64,000 bases of DNA, from assembly GCF_009834535.1 (NCBI RefSeq), contig NC_045697.1, positions 81,780,001-81,844,000 on the forward strand. The letters are read 5' to 3'. The notes under the pieces are model-generated. The model worked only from the letters and a program-made list of their open reading frames with translations. It did no database searches and was not told where the DNA came from. The translations under genes were made by a program, and so were the position numbers. Below are positions 1-14,060 of the stretch, piece after piece. This DNA is from Camelus ferus (Eukaryota). The number at the start of each line of letters is the position of its first letter. The stretch's first letter is position 1.

Positions 1-271
1 GAAAAAAAAGGAGAATCTTCTCTTTGCATTACTTCTTCTGTCCTCAGACTTGCATCCTTGCGTCTCTTGGTTCTCAGGCATTTGGACTCAGACTAGAACT
101 ATGTCACCAGCTCCTCTGAGTCTTAAGCAGATGACAGTCTGTGAGACTTCCTAGCCTCTATAAATGATGTCAGCGCACTACTCATAGTAAGTCTTATAAT
201 AAACCTCATAATAATTCATTCTCTCTCTCTCTCTCCCCCCAACTGGTTCTTTCTCTGGAGAACCCTAATAC
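1..271 (+). mobile_element. MLT2-type (ERVL) LTR, 3' portion
   Basis: Ends with the characteristic ...ggttctttctctggagaaccctaataca, preceded by aataaa and a (ct)n tract; recalled similarity to MLT2 consensus. Confidence 0.8.
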
Positions 272-3175
272 AGGAATTTTTCAGCTATTTCTTTTCAAAC
301 TTACTGAGACTTATTTTATGATATGATCTTAAAAAGTGTTTGAGGTTCATTTCAAAAATGTGCTTTCCACTATTATTGGGTAAATTTTTCTATAAATAAT
401 ATTTAGGTCAAGTTGGTTGGTAGTGTTGTTCTATATTCTTATCAATGTTATGTTTACTTCATCTCAGTTATTGGGAAAAGTTATTAAAATATTGGTCAAA
501 AATTGTGGATTTGTCTATTTTTCCTTGGAGTTTCATAATATTTTGTTTCTTGTATGATTTAACTGTTAGAAGATGCATAAATACTTGATAGTGTTATATT
601 TTCTGAATAAATTTACATTTTTATCATTACGATATATATAAGTCCTAAGCCCTGGTTATATAATTTGTTCTGCAATCCAGTTTGTCTAATTGATTGAGCC
701 AATCCAGCTTTATCTTGAGTAATGTCTGTCAGCATCATTTAATATTTTTCTGTGCCAACATTGAGTTTAGTCTCTCTCTCTTTTTTTTAATCTAATCTAT
801 CTCCTCTAATGCTTTCATGTGGCTCTTTATTCAGCCTCAATTACTTTCCTCCATGCATGCACTGATCAATATGCTCTATAAAGTAATTAAGAAGGATCCT
901 CTGGAATTCTCCCCCTGGTAGTTCTTTCCCCTCCAGTACCATTTATGAATGATCTAGCCATCTTGATCTCCCTAGACTTTTACCTCCAGCTCCTCTACTC
1001 AGGGAGACCATTGGGCTAATATGGGTTCTCTTTGCTGTACCACAGTCTGGAAATACTCTCATGTCTGTAATATGAGGTAACCACTAGGCTCACTTCATTT
1101 CTTTCCTATTTTTTAGAGATGGTTGTACTGTTTTGCTTGATGCCCATTGTCTCTAAATTTTGTTTCATTTAATTTTTCTGACTTTAAGTTGTTTCAGGTG
1201 AGGGTACATTCAGTCCATGTTAGTCCATCTGAGTCAAAAGCAGAGGTATGGTCTTTTGTTCCTCTGTTCTTTCCTCTTTTTCACAGTTAGTATGGCATTT
1301 TAATTATTCTAGTAAGTTTTGAGGGTTTTTTTTTTTAACACTATTTATTGTAGTAAGGAAAAAAATTTATCCTCTATCAAAGTCAACTGAGAATAAGTAT
1401 TTTTCACTACAAATACAAGAAGCTTGATTCAGTACAGTTCTATTTATAGCCATAGGTTATTTTATAGCTGTCATGAAACATACATCTGAAGTATCTATAT
1501 ACTTTATGAACTCCTCAACACAGTGTGGTAATATTTCATTTAAATAAAAAAATACCTTTTAAATAACAGAAGGGAAACATTTTAGCCTTTTGTATGTTAT
1601 TTATCATTTTTGTGTTTTTTATTCTATAGATCTAAGTGTCCATCTTTTGTCATTTTATTTCATCCTGGAAGTTTTGTTTTTGAATTTCATGTTACACTGT
1701 TTTTGGTGATGATTAATTCTCTTATATATCATTGTAAGAAAATCGCATTATTTTGATTCTATTTTGAACATTTGTGTAAATGGAAATGAGATATATGTTG
1801 ATATATTTTTTGATATATTTTTCTCTAAGAATTGATATTGTTGATATATTTTTGATATATTGATATATTTTTGTTGAAATATTTTTCTCTAAGAATTTTG
1901 ACAGTTCCATTCCACTGTCTTTTGTCTTCCTTTTTTTTTTTCAATGTAAGAGAACTGAGCCATCCTTTGTATCACTGTTACTTTATTTGTAATGTGGTGT
2001 TTTTAACTACTTCTAAAATGTTCTCCCTTTTTTATGTTTTATATATTGCACTCGTTTACTTTATTATTTATTTCCCATTTATCTTGCTTTGGGTTGCTGG
2101 ACTCCTTATGTATGAAAGTTTTAGTTATTCACAAAATTTGGGAACTTTTCCAACCTTTTAAAACATATTTTATTTTCTTTCCTGTTGTCTCTGAAACTCA
2201 AATGGCTCATACATGAAATGTCTGGTACTGTTTCACATGTTAGTGATGCTCTTTTCTTAACCTTTTTTTTTTAAAGTTGTCATGCACACTGGATATTTAT
2301 GGATTATCTTCAATTTCTACTGATCACTTTTCTGCTATCTCTAATCTACTGTTAATCCTATTCATTGGCTTTATTTTACAGGTAGTGTACAATTTTGTTC
2401 GATATCTTATATTTTTAAAATAATTTCCATTTCTCTTCTGCAGATACCTGCATGTTAATTTATTGTATCCATATTTTCCTTTAATTTCTTAACTGCTAAT
2501 TCTAATTCATGTGCCAACTCAGGGCCAGTTTTTCTTGAATGCTTTTTATCATAACTATAGTTTAATGTTTCTTCTCATGCCTAGTATTTTTGCTTGCTCA
2601 TTTTTACTTTAGACTAGACATTGCAAATGGCAAACTGTTAGAAATGTTTTATTCTGTTACTTTCTTTTGCATATTGATGGTTTTGTTCTATATAACATTG
2701 ATCTTTACTGACCTTAAAATTCCAAACATTGCCTTCCCTGTGGTGGGCAGCAGCTGAAATCTTTGCTCAGGTTTTTCAATCTTTCAGATTCTCCTTTTCT
2801 CTTAAAAGTCTGATATCTTCCCAACCTGTGCGGGACTTTCCCTTTTATGATGCTTTCCTTCCAAGAATCTGTCCCCTTATTTACCAACCAGCTCTAGAAG
2901 CTCCTAGCTTTGCAATCAGCAGCAGCAGGGCTTATTCCAGGATTTCTATTTGCCCTCTAGTGTGCAAAGTTCGGTATGCCTTTATGTGGAAAGTCATATA
3001 AATGAAATATTCTATTATACAGTAGTTCCCTTCCCTTGAGAATCTATTCATTTCTAGAGTTTTGTTTTGTTTTCCTAATAGTTGCTCTCCATTGCCTTTC
3101 GATATTTGGATTTTTTAAAATATATTTTGTTCACAGTTAATAAAAATTATCTGAATATCTGGAAGCAGAATTCAA
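272..3175 (-). mobile_element. Ancient, fragmented L1 (L1M/L1ME or HAL1-like) in antisense
   Basis: T-rich antisense L1-type text (taggtcaagttggttggtagtgttgttc; tttgtctaattg...aatccagcttt); L1ME 5'-end-like block at ~850-1250. Probably several pieces. Confidence 0.6.
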
Positions 3176-5239
3176 AGCCATGCTTTTTCAGTATGGAAAA
3201 TAAATCATTATAATGCTTCTGTGTCTTCTAAGATCTAAGAAAAGAAATCCTCAATGATTTCAGGCTAAACTGTGTTCTGCAAACAAAAACATAATTAGAA
3301 TATCACTAAACTAATGTGATTATAATTAATGTAGCACACCTGCAAAGTGATTACTTAAATCAGTCTAAATTAAATGTCCTAAATACCTCTATTTACGATA
3401 AACATAAAATCAAAACTTTAATGAAGTAATGCCTTTTATATTTCATTTTGTTTGCAGAAAAAGAATGACTCATTTGAGTTTGAAACTCCCAGAGTAGTGA
3501 TTATTTTTGCAATAAACACTGGCAGTACCTCTAAATGCTCAATGAGTGTTATTTCATTTCATATATAATTTGAAGTTCTCACAGGCTATTAAGAAAAATT
3601 GTTAACATTTATGGAAGCATAAGAGAAACGGCTTACTTTATGTTTAGTATCTCCCCAGAAGGGAGAAAAAAGATTGACGAATGATAGAAAAAAATGGTAA
3701 CGCTCACAGAGCTTCGGCTGTCTCAGAGTGATGCATAACATATCTATGATTTATATCTATTACTATCCTCAAACAATTTTTCCTGATATAAAAAAACAAG
3801 AAAATTCCTAACTTAATGGTGACCTATTTTTAGCACTCCTATTCCTCTGTTACTAAGCAACCAAAAGACCCTCCCCCCAAAAAAAGATATGTAACACTTT
3901 TACATATATCATACACAGTAACATACTCTAAATGTGCTCTATGAAGCAAATAAAAAATAATGATTTTATACTTGTGTTTTCTACGATTTACAGGATTGTC
4001 ACAACACCTTATACCAAAGTGTTCTAGCACAATTTATTTTATACAGAGTTTTACTTGAGGAGGAATTTGTTCATGTAGGAGCCAGAAGATTCAATTTTTT
4101 AAAAAATCTTTTAAAATGGAACATGCACTTTGAGAATTTAAACTTCCTTTGTTTTCTCCATGACATTAAGTAGTAAGAACATGGTCCAAAGTCCTTCTTT
4201 GTTCTTTCTGAATACCTCCCAACTTCAGGCTTCTTTTTGTTTTAGGCACCCTACTCACCTCATCCTCTAACACATCTTATCAATATTGCCTTCTTTCTTT
4301 ACAAAAAACAAAAAACAAAATCTCCCCAGCAATCACTGCTTTAGTATCTAGGAGAAATGAGGTACAGATCTTGTATTTAACATAAATTCTAGATAGGACC
4401 TTGTTACTCAAAAATAGACTCTTTAAGCACACTTAATGCAGCAATAAAACAATGTCATGGGTTCTATATGTGTTATTTTTTTTTCCCTGATAAAGATTAT
4501 ATATAATTTTACAGAAAATTTTGAGTATAAAAATTTTAAAAAAATGTTTATTGGAATTATGAAGTCAACATGCCAGCATTAGATTAGTGAAGATTTGGGT
4601 TGTTCTGTCTTTTTTTTTAACATGTAGAGAAGTATGAAAAAAATTAGCTTCCCTCAGTTAAAGTACAATCTTCAGCTCAAAATTTACGGTTAAGTTCTTT
4701 AACACTCTGAAGCATATAACTAATAACATATTTGGCAGTAGCATATTTTTTTCTATGTTTTGGAAATCTAGGTAGGAATAATATACATGTATGACTGAAA
4801 ATGGGGTGTCAGAAACCTTCACATTTTGATTTAATACTGAATTTTAGCATAACTTTAAGAGATGTTTAAAAATGTAAGTTCATTATTTATTTTACCAAAT
4901 AACAGAGCCAGTGGTATCACCAACTTTCACTTCATTTTTGGATTTCATACTGTTGCTAAACATAACTTAATATCTGTTCCTCATCCAATTCCACCCCGTG
5001 TTTGAATAGGAAGATAAAAAGATAATACGGTGTTTTACTTGTGAGACACATTTATCACTAAGGAATTCTTACTCTTTATACCTAGGTCTGGTCCAACATT
5101 AACCTTGAATTTTATAGTGTTCAATTCTTAAGCTTTTCAAAGACTTCTACAAATTCCCTGAGTCTTGAATTTTATATTTCTCTGACTCTGGCTTCTGCAA
5201 TCTCAAATGTTATATTTATAACACCCTTCAATAACTGGA

Positions 5240-5653
5240 ACAAAAGCTAAGCTACTATAACAAAGACTCCTTCAAATTTATAGGCTTATTAAATAGAAAC
5301 TATTTATCTCCATGTAGCTGATCATGTGAATGATCCAAGTCTGCATGCATCTCTACTCTAAGTTCACTCTCAAAGACTCAAGTTTCTTTCATTGCATGGC
5401 TACCCCATCATCTAAGGCATTATTGTTGTCAGGCTTGTCAAAAAATCACACTGTTCTATATAGAATTCTGCTGGTTGGGTGAAGGAAAAGAGGGAAGTAA
5501 ATCAATGACAAGATTTTGAGATGTAACTAGCACACATTACTTCTAGCCACATTCTACTGACCAAATACAACAGAGAAGAAAGTAGGTAACAGTATTCCTG
5601 GAAAGCTTTGTACCCCAACAATGAAAATTCCAAAGAAGAAGAGAAAAAATAAA

Positions 5654-5706
<53 letters not shown>

Positions 5707-5730
5707 TGTGTGTGTGTGTGTGTAATGCTA
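5240..5730 (-). mobile_element. Old MaLR LTR (MLT1J/K-like)
   Basis: ctaagctactataacaaa start and cacattacttctagccacattctactg block typical of antisense old MLT1 LTRs. Confidence 0.55.
5656..5723. repeat. Compound microsatellite (TG)n(AG)n(TG)n
   Basis: Directly visible. Confidence 0.98.
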
Positions 5731-7200
5731 TTGGTCTTACCGTAGTCCGTCTCTCTGATCATCCTACTTTCCATGGATAGAATACATTTACTCCCTCCTA
5801 AAGTGAGAAAACCAAAATCTCATATAGTTACTGTATTCACTTCAAACTTCAAATATTTGGATGATGTACAAAGCTTTGTATCAGTTTAGACATGGCTTCT
5901 CATGATCCTCCCCAAATTTAACCTACTTTCAATACATAATAGCCCCAAACTAGTTGTTCCTCCCAATATACAGTGTGTCTACAACTTTAGTAAAAACAGC
6001 CAATTAAAAATAGGAAGACTGGGAAACAGTTATTAATTGATAGCAATTATAAAATTCATCTGTGCAGGAATTATTAAACTTTCTACCATAGCAGTAAGAT
6101 AAATTCTTTCCTTAGTCCATTTAGCCACCCCTGGTTCTGCTGTTTGGTAAAATTTCATTATCCTTCATCATAGTACATTAGAACTTCTATAATAAAAATA
6201 CCACAGAATGGGTGGTTTCAAGAATAAACATTTATTTCTCACAGTTCTGGAGGCTGCAAAGTGCTGAGGATCTGCTTCTGGTTCACAGATAACCATCTTC
6301 TCTCTGTGCCCTAATGTGATGGAAAGGATGAGAAAGCTCTCTGGGGGTCTCTGTTATAGGAGCACTAAGCTCATTCATGAGTAATTATGACCTAATTACT
6401 TCCCCTTGACCCACCTCCTAATACTATCCACATTGGAGATTAGGATTTTAACATATGAATTCGGTGAGACACAAATATTCAGTCCATAACTTCCCTTATA
6501 TATGAACTGTGCCTTTGTCCCTTGTGAGGATAAATAATATTTAATCATCTCTGTCTTCTGTCATGGACTTTAGGGAAGGCTACGCAGGCCAGGCTTATTA
6601 TCTCTTTAACATACTGTTTCCAAAACTTAGCAGGCTTCTGCTTAGTCAGCACTAATGTGCTAGTGGTAGATGTAATACTCAGGCTTACTTTATTTTTTTG
6701 GTTTCTACTTTGCACCATGCACTTCTTTCTCATTAAGTAGAAGCTACTGTATGTCGTTTAAGACAATAAACTGTGGGAAGGTACATTCTTATATGATATT
6801 TGGCACAGAGGAACTTCTCTTTTTTTTTTTGAGTTAGTAGTCCTAGCAGGCCTTTAAGAAAATCCGTAGGAACAGCCATATATCCTGCCACTTTGCATAT
6901 AGGAACATTTGGTTTTCTGAAACTGTCTGTGGTGTCCCATATCTCTCATTTTTTTCCTTCTATTACTGCTTACTAACTGGCAACTTTTTACGTGAGCTTC
7001 TTTCTTTTGTTAATTTATTTAAAGAAAGAAGAAGCAAACAATTACTCCCAACTCTTTTCTAGATACCTTCCCTAGAGATAAAAAGGCTAATCAAGTCTAG
7101 AAGTCTAATTATAGTTTGCAATAGGTTTTTCCTTGCTGTCAACTTCTCAGCCAATTCCAAATACTTTCTGTCACACTAGCTGACTTCTGAGGTCAATCAA
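5731..7200 (-). mobile_element. Probable MLT1 internal (MaLR-int) sequence, interrupted by a younger MLT1A
   Basis: Directly abuts the LTR; text such as catttactccctcctaaagtgagaaaaccaaaatctcat resembles remembered MLT1-int. Confidence 0.4.
6172..6491 (-). mobile_element. MLT1A-type MaLR LTR
   Basis: aaataccacagaatgggtgg...atttatttctcacagttctggaggctg...aacatatgaatt...gacacaaatattcagtccataac. Confidence 0.85.
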
Positions 7201-7287
7201 TATCTGTTAGAGTGAAGGAATAACTACTAAAAAACAAACAGAAAACAAAACAAAAAAAAAGCTCTGTGAATAAGTATGTGAATGAAC

Positions 7288-7479
7288 ATTTTTTTTAAAT
7301 TGACATACAGTTGATTTACAATGTTGTGTTAGTTTCTGATGTACAGCATTGTGATTCAGTTATACATATACATAGTTTTTCATTATAGGTTATAAAAGGA
7401 TACTGAATATAGTTCTCTGTGCTATACAGTAGGATCTTGTTGTTCATCAATTTTTTATATAGTAGTTTTTACTGCTAAC
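7288..7479 (-). mobile_element. Short 5'-truncated L1 3' end (cetartiodactyl type)
   Basis: Poly(T) followed by aattgacatacagttgatttacaatgttgtgttagtttct...; homologous to the reverse complement of 17950-18130. Confidence 0.85.
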
Positions 7480-7564
7480 AAAATTTTTATTTTTCCCTCA
7501 TCCAACAGTTTTAGTTTAATGAAATCAGATTTCTTTTATTTTGGGTTTCTAACACCCTTGAGGG

Positions 7565-8851
7565 CAGAGGTTCTCAATGTGTGGTGTATAGGATCCTGGG
7601 GTTTCCGAGACATTTTCAGGAGACTTCAAGGTCAAAATAATTTTCAGAGTACTACTAAAATACTTTTTAAGCTTTTTATCCTGTGTTTCTATTTGTACAT
7701 AGGTATTGTAATCTTCACTGCCATGCCATTACAACAAATTTTTAAATGTGTAGTGTTGCATAATAATTGTCTTGACATAGCAGTAAAGTATTAATTTTAT
7801 CAAATCTTTCTCATAAGGTACACATCTTTTAATATTTTATGTGACAAAATGATAAATACATATAAATAAATTCTGCTAATTACTGAAAATATGATGTTTT
7901 TCTCTATATGATTTTTGTGTTTATGCTTGTGTGTTTTTTCTACTGGTATTTTTTGGATATAGAACACCAACAGTACTTGAAAAAAAACAGTTGATAAATA
8001 AACTTACGTACAGCCTGGGTTATTTGATATATAGCATTTTTTAATTAACATTTTCAAGGAAAATGACACTACTTGTTAATGAATAATAGAGCTTCCAAGC
8101 AAAAAAAAAAAAACCAAAAAAAAAACAACTTTTTTTGGAAAACCCTTATCTGACTCTGTGAACCTGATCTCTTTCTTAAATGCTTTTCCGATGAGATTGG
8201 TGGAGATATTAACAAATGTGAATAGATGGTACTACCTAAGGAAATGTGTCAACATTTGGAAGATCTACATAAGCCACTAAACCAAAATTTTCCAAAGATC
8301 ACTGTACAATGTATCAAAATCATTGCTATATGAAGTGTAATGTAACAGAGTGGAAGAAGTTAAATTGACATAGTTTCTAATTTCATATCATGAGTAATTT
8401 TTAACAAACTAGAACTCGTCAAGTTTTTATAGACTATCAAAAATATTCACAGGTATCAAAAAAACTATTAAAATACGTCTATTTGTCCAACTACGTATCT
8501 ACGTGAGACTGAATTTTCTTCGTATATTTGACCAAAGCAATATTGCCATATTGCCATAAGTTGAAGAAAGAATGAGAATTCAAATTCCTTCTCTTAAGCC
8601 AGATATTAATGAAAATTTTTATATGTAAAATGTCATTTTTCTCACTAATTATTTGTTTGGAAAGATAATTGTTCTTCATAAAAATGTGCTATTTACATCA
8701 GCATGTGACAAATTTATTGTTATTGCAAATGAATCTCAGTTTTGTTTTCTAATCCTGCAGGTACTGATAAATATGATCCACAAACACAGTAGCTCTTGAA
8801 GCCCTCAGTGATTTTTTAGGGTGAATGGAACCAAAAAGTTTGAGGGCATTG
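7565..8851. mobile_element. hAT-Charlie DNA transposon (Charlie1/Charlie1a-like), both ends present
   Basis: Left end cagaggttctcaatgtgtgg...ttttcagg...aggtcaaaataattttc; right end accaaaaagtttgagggcattg; these form degenerate terminal inverted repeats. Confidence 0.8.
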
Positions 8852-8869
8852 GTGTCATCTGTATAGCTG

Positions 8870-9110
8870 AAACTGATTCACATGTACCAGATTATTGTTG
8901 CAGAGGGAAAGAGAGCATGAAGTAACCATACATCTTTTCTTAAAGCTGGTAGTTACAAGTGGTTTACATTCTACATAAGAACCTAGACACATGGGCATAC
9001 CTATCGATGAGAACCTAGGATATGTATTCCAGCTGGGCAGCCAAGATCAGCTACACACTTATTATTATGGAGGATTTTAATGGACTGCTAGAGCTGTCAC
9101 ACTTTCCACA
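8870..9110 (-). mobile_element. Old MLT1 LTR fragment
   Basis: gcagagggaaagagagcatg...agaacctagacacatgg...tgtattccagctgggcagcc resembles the distal half of an antisense MLT1J/K-like LTR. Confidence 0.4.
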
Positions 9111-9349
9111 CAGCCTGACATGATAGAAAAATAACATGTTTTCTGATTAGATTTTTCATCACACTCAAATGTATTAGTGGATAAAGTGGCTATTTCTTAT
9201 TATTACACAGGAGTAGCAGAGAAAGGTGCTCATGGCAAACCTCAAAAAAAACCACCTAAATTATTTATTAACTTCAAAATTTTCTACTAGTTGCCCACCC
9301 AACAGGCTGTATCGGCCACTGCTCTTCTGCCTTTCAATGATTCTATTAG

Positions 9350-9400
9350 TGTGACAGTTAATTTTATGTGTCAACTTGACTGGGCCACAGTGCCCTGATA
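9350..9400 (+). mobile_element. MLT2 LTR 5' fragment
   Basis: tgtgacagttaattttatgtgtcaacttgactgggccacag matches the remembered MLT2 start. Confidence 0.75.
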
Positions 9401-11129
9401 AAATATATGAGAAATACAGGGAGAGAGACAGAGAAAAAGAGGGAGAAAGAGATTTTTTTACACACATATATGAAATATAAATGTATTACTACAAAGTATT
9501 GGATATTATATTACACTACTATAATTTTCTAATAGACATCTTTAGTAAAAGACTAGGTTTATAAACCTACTCTGTTAAAAATATAAATATGTTCAAATGG
9601 GAATTTAACCATATCTTATGAAGGACTCGTTACTAATACCCTCATTAATATATTTAAATATATTCAACAATCTGTTTAACACACTTGCAGTGGAAACCTG
9701 CACTATGTTGGTGTTTAACATTTCTGACATTCAGGGATAGAACCTGTCCACTCTCTAAATCTATCTAATACAATAAAATCCACTTTTCCTTTGAACTATA
9801 ATTCTTATTTTGTTTAAATGTAATAAAAATTTAACATATAGAGCATCAACTTTAATTGAATGGGAAATCTCATCTTAGATGTCATGTGAAAAACTCCTTA
9901 AAAAAAGAGTGAAATATATCTATCAATCAGTAGCTCTATAGATTTTAAACACAACCTTTTCAACAATTATTGAATTAATAAGTCCAACTGCTGATTGATA
10001 TAAATATACTCCAAGCAAGGAAATATGTCTGTCTTCATTCTCACTGTCATCATTTCTTATCTTAGTTTCAACCAAAATTATACTATAAATTTTCATATCA
10101 ATGTTTGAGTGGCATTTGGGGTTTTTATTAAGACATTTTAAATGCATTCGTCTTTGTACAGGTCATAGTTGAGAGATATTGCTATAGTAAAGGCATCATT
10201 GAAGTATTCTATTCTGATGTCCTTCATTCTATTTGGCATATTTGATGACATATCTATGATTTTATTCTCAACTGTATTTCCATTCTTTGTGTGATTATTT
10301 TACTAATTTTATCACTCTGATGTGCTCTCTTTTCTCAAGCCTTAACATTCCTATTTTATCAAGAACTCTCTATTTTTCTTTTCTAAGTTCTATAGGATTA
10401 TCACTTTGCATCCTTCTGATACAGATTTCTGGTTTGTTTTCAGATTTCTTGTTCATGTGATATAGAATAGTCTGCATATTTTTCACACTTCCCTAGTTAC
10501 ATTTAAGAAACTCATTCCCCATAGACTAGTTAGGCATATGGGCTGACTGTTGCATTTCATTTTTATAATTTTACTTTTTCATATTTCTCCTTCTAGCAAT
10601 TTTTCTTTCACTTCAATTCCTGAAATAATCATCATCAATTATTTTAAATCATGAGATATCTTAAACTTACTTTTTTTCATGTCAGTGTAACAATGTTCTT
10701 TGTATTTCACTCATACTTCAGCTTAAACTTGCGTGTACTAAAGTCTAAATTTGGGTCTCTGATTTAGAAACAGTTTTTTTTTTTTTTTTTGGTCCTGTTT
10801 TAATTGTTTGTTAAATGGCAAAACCCATTCAGAGATAATCCCTTTTGACACTGATTGGCTTATTTTGTGGCTTGGTAGAATAAATTGAGGCTAATATGGA
10901 AATACAAACTAACATATCACAAACACATTGGTAACACAATAGTATCAGCTATAGAACATCTGGATTAAAATATCTGAAGATATTTTTCTTAAGTTATTTT
11001 CTCTGTATTTGAATTATATATGATTTTAGTAACAATTTTTAAATATTGTGGCTATACCTAAAAAGCATATATAGAAGCCACTAATAACATCACTTTATAA
11101 TTTAGTCACCTTTAATATACTGTGATCAT

Positions 11130-12290
11130 GTTTTATGTAAATTTTATATGAAAGTAAAATGCAGAAATCATAAGTATACAGCAGGATGGATTTTTACAGT
11201 CCAAACAAAACAAGCAAATCAATAAATCAACATCACCAGAACTCCAGAAATTCCTTGTATTTTTCCATTTATGTCTCCCAAGATAACCACTATCCAGACT
11301 TCTACATTATAGATTAGATTTGCTGTTTGAGGACTTTAGTTGAGTGATATTGAACAGTTCATGTACTTTGCATCTGGTTTCTTTTTTAACACTATGTTTG
11401 TAGGTAACATCCATATCACTTATGGAGTAGTGTTTTGCACATTCTCATTTTTTTTCAATTCTGAATACTGATGCTATGAATCTTTTTAACAATTGATTTT
11501 AGTTGGATATATGTATGTATTTCTGCTGAAGATATAACTAGGAATAGAATTGCTGGTTCACAGCATATTAGTAAATGATATTGTCTCTTTATTCTGCAAC
11601 CACCTGTGTCTGAGACATGAAGACATTCTACATTCCCAGTAATGTTATTAGTCATTCTGACAAGTGTGTTGTTGTATTTCATCGTGGTTTTCCTTTCTGT
11701 CTCCTTAATGACTAAATTAAGTGCACTTCTGTGTATCTTTTGGTTATTTAGATAGCCTCTCTGTGTGAAGTACCTGTTATGTTTTTAAGCTTTTTTTGGC
11801 TACTGAACAGGGTAGCTTTATGTCATTAATGTTTAGGAGTTCTTGGTACATTGCTCATATAAGTCCTTTGCCAGATACCTGTTTTGCAAATATCTTCTCT
11901 CACTGTGAGTTGTTTTTTTCACTCTATCAATGGAATATTTTGATAACCAGAAGATCTAATCATTAATATAGTTACTATTATAATTTTCCCTTTTATGGTT
12001 AAAGCTTTTTGTGCCCTATTTGAGAAACCTTTGTTTACCACCTGTCATAAAGATACTCTCATATGTTTGCTTCTGAAAGTTTATTGCTTTATCTGTCATA
12101 TTTATATTCACAATTCCACTAAAATTGATATTTATGAATATTGTGATTTAGGAATCCAATCTCCCTCCTGAAGGATCTAATTGACCCAGCACTAATTATT
12201 GAAAAGACCATCACTTTCTCAGGGCACAGCAGTATTGATTATGTCATAAATATGTTGACTCCATATGTGGGAGTCTGTCTCGTGATATTT
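11130..12290 (-). mobile_element. Ancient L1 (L1ME-like) 3' UTR plus ORF2 end
   Basis: aacatcaccagaactccagaa, agataaccactatccagacttct, ggaatagaattgctggttca, gtcctttgccagatac...tttgcaaatatcttctc. Confidence 0.8.
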
Positions 12291-13429
12291 TTTCATCCAT
12301 ATTTCATTAATTTAATTTCATGTATTATTTATGCCTTTATTATTTTTTGGGTTTGAATAAATTTTATACTTCTTAACTTTTTTCATTTTCTATTAAGAAA
12401 AGAGTTAAGTTTTCTGACTGTATTTGTGTATTTGTTTATATTCTCTTAACTTTATCAAAGTGTTGCATTATATATGTTTAATATTATTTTAGAGGGAATA
12501 TAGATACAGTGTTTTAATATCTATCTTTATTTAGACTCAAAATAATAGGTTGTATGATTTATATTAGGTTGCCTATAATCTTTACTGAAATATTCATCTG
12601 TGTGTGTGTCTGGTAATTGCTAGTTACTAAGAAAATAACTTAATAAGCAGCCTTTTTATTTATCAAAATATGAGTTTTCTATGTTTAGAATTCCTCACAC
12701 AAACGTTGCACTTCAAATTTTTAAACTGTTTTGAGCTGGGTATTTCTGTTATGTGGAATTGAAAGCATTTTAAATTAAATATTTGATTATATTATATTAA
12801 GGCAAATATTAGATGACACTTTATATGTTTACAAACAATGCAGATCTGAGACTAAGATACCAAAGCTCAACAAGGGAGCAGCTATCACTAAACCTTTACC
12901 TGACAGAATCCATTGTTGTTTGGGAGCAATAGAAAATATCTTTGGGGGTAACAGGAAACTAAATACTTAGAGTAAGTAATAAAATCCTCATGCTGGAGAA
13001 TAGAAGTAGTGTAAATACTCACTAAACTTCAGTAACTTAAGAGGAATTTCATGAAATTAGATAGAAATGCCAGAATAGGAGAGGAAGACAATTGAGATAA
13101 ATCAGTTCTTGACAGAAAGGACGTTTCAACTGATGTTACCTTCAATGCTTAATATGGCAAATGCTCCCTTTTATAGATCCTCAAAAATCATTTGGGACCA
13201 TGTTTGGTAGCAGAGAAGAGGCAAGGATTCATCAGTCAAGTCATCATGGACTTAAAGCATTATAATCTAGGTAATACAATTTAGTAAACACTTCTTTACT
13301 TTCATTTGCTAGGAAAATGAGACATGGACAAGTGAAAGAACTAGATAAAAAACAAACACAAATAAGTTAGCTTACCCATAGAAATACATAATGTCCATGA
13401 AAATACAGATCTATACCAATTTTCAATGA

Positions 13430-14060
13430 AACTATTCTGAAAAGGTGGGCACTGAGAGGAAAACATTTAAGGTGGAAGAAAAAGCATTTGCAGCAGCTCT
13501 CAGTGGGGAAGTAGGTTGGTGTGTTTGAGAAACAGAATGAAATTGTAAAGCCTGGAAGATGAAGAAGAGAGGAGTGTGACCTGAAATTACATTAGAGAGA
13601 TTGTGGCCAGGAATGCGCGATCTTGCATGTTGTAATAAATTTTAAATATGATCTAAAGAAGTAAAAAGCCATTAAACATTTAAGTTTGGAAGTCATATAA
13701 TTCTATTTTTTTTTATTTTAGAAAGATACCTGGCTTTACCTTCAGAAGAGATAAGAAAGGAACAAAAAAAGAACATCAGGAACCAGTTAATAGGCTCTTA
13801 AAATAGCCCAGTCATGAGAAATGATATCTCTACCTTGATGACTTTGCCTAGGCTGATTAACAGCGGAAACTTGTGGAAGTGACTACGTTAGGAGTACATT
13901 TGGTGGAAGGACTCATAAGAACATGTGAACTGGACATGGTGATGGCATGTCCGAGAAATATCAAGAATTATTTCCAGGTTTTTGATATTAACAACTTAAT
14001 GATAAGGGCAAATGGAAGAGGGAGTGTTCTATTAAAAATTTGGGAGGCAGGGAGGCCCCT
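13430..14060 (-). mobile_element. L2 LINE fragment
   Basis: Purine-rich antisense L2-type text: gtgtgtttgagaaacag, aagccattaaacattttaag, ttttagaaagatacc, tcaagaattatttccaggtttt. Confidence 0.65.
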
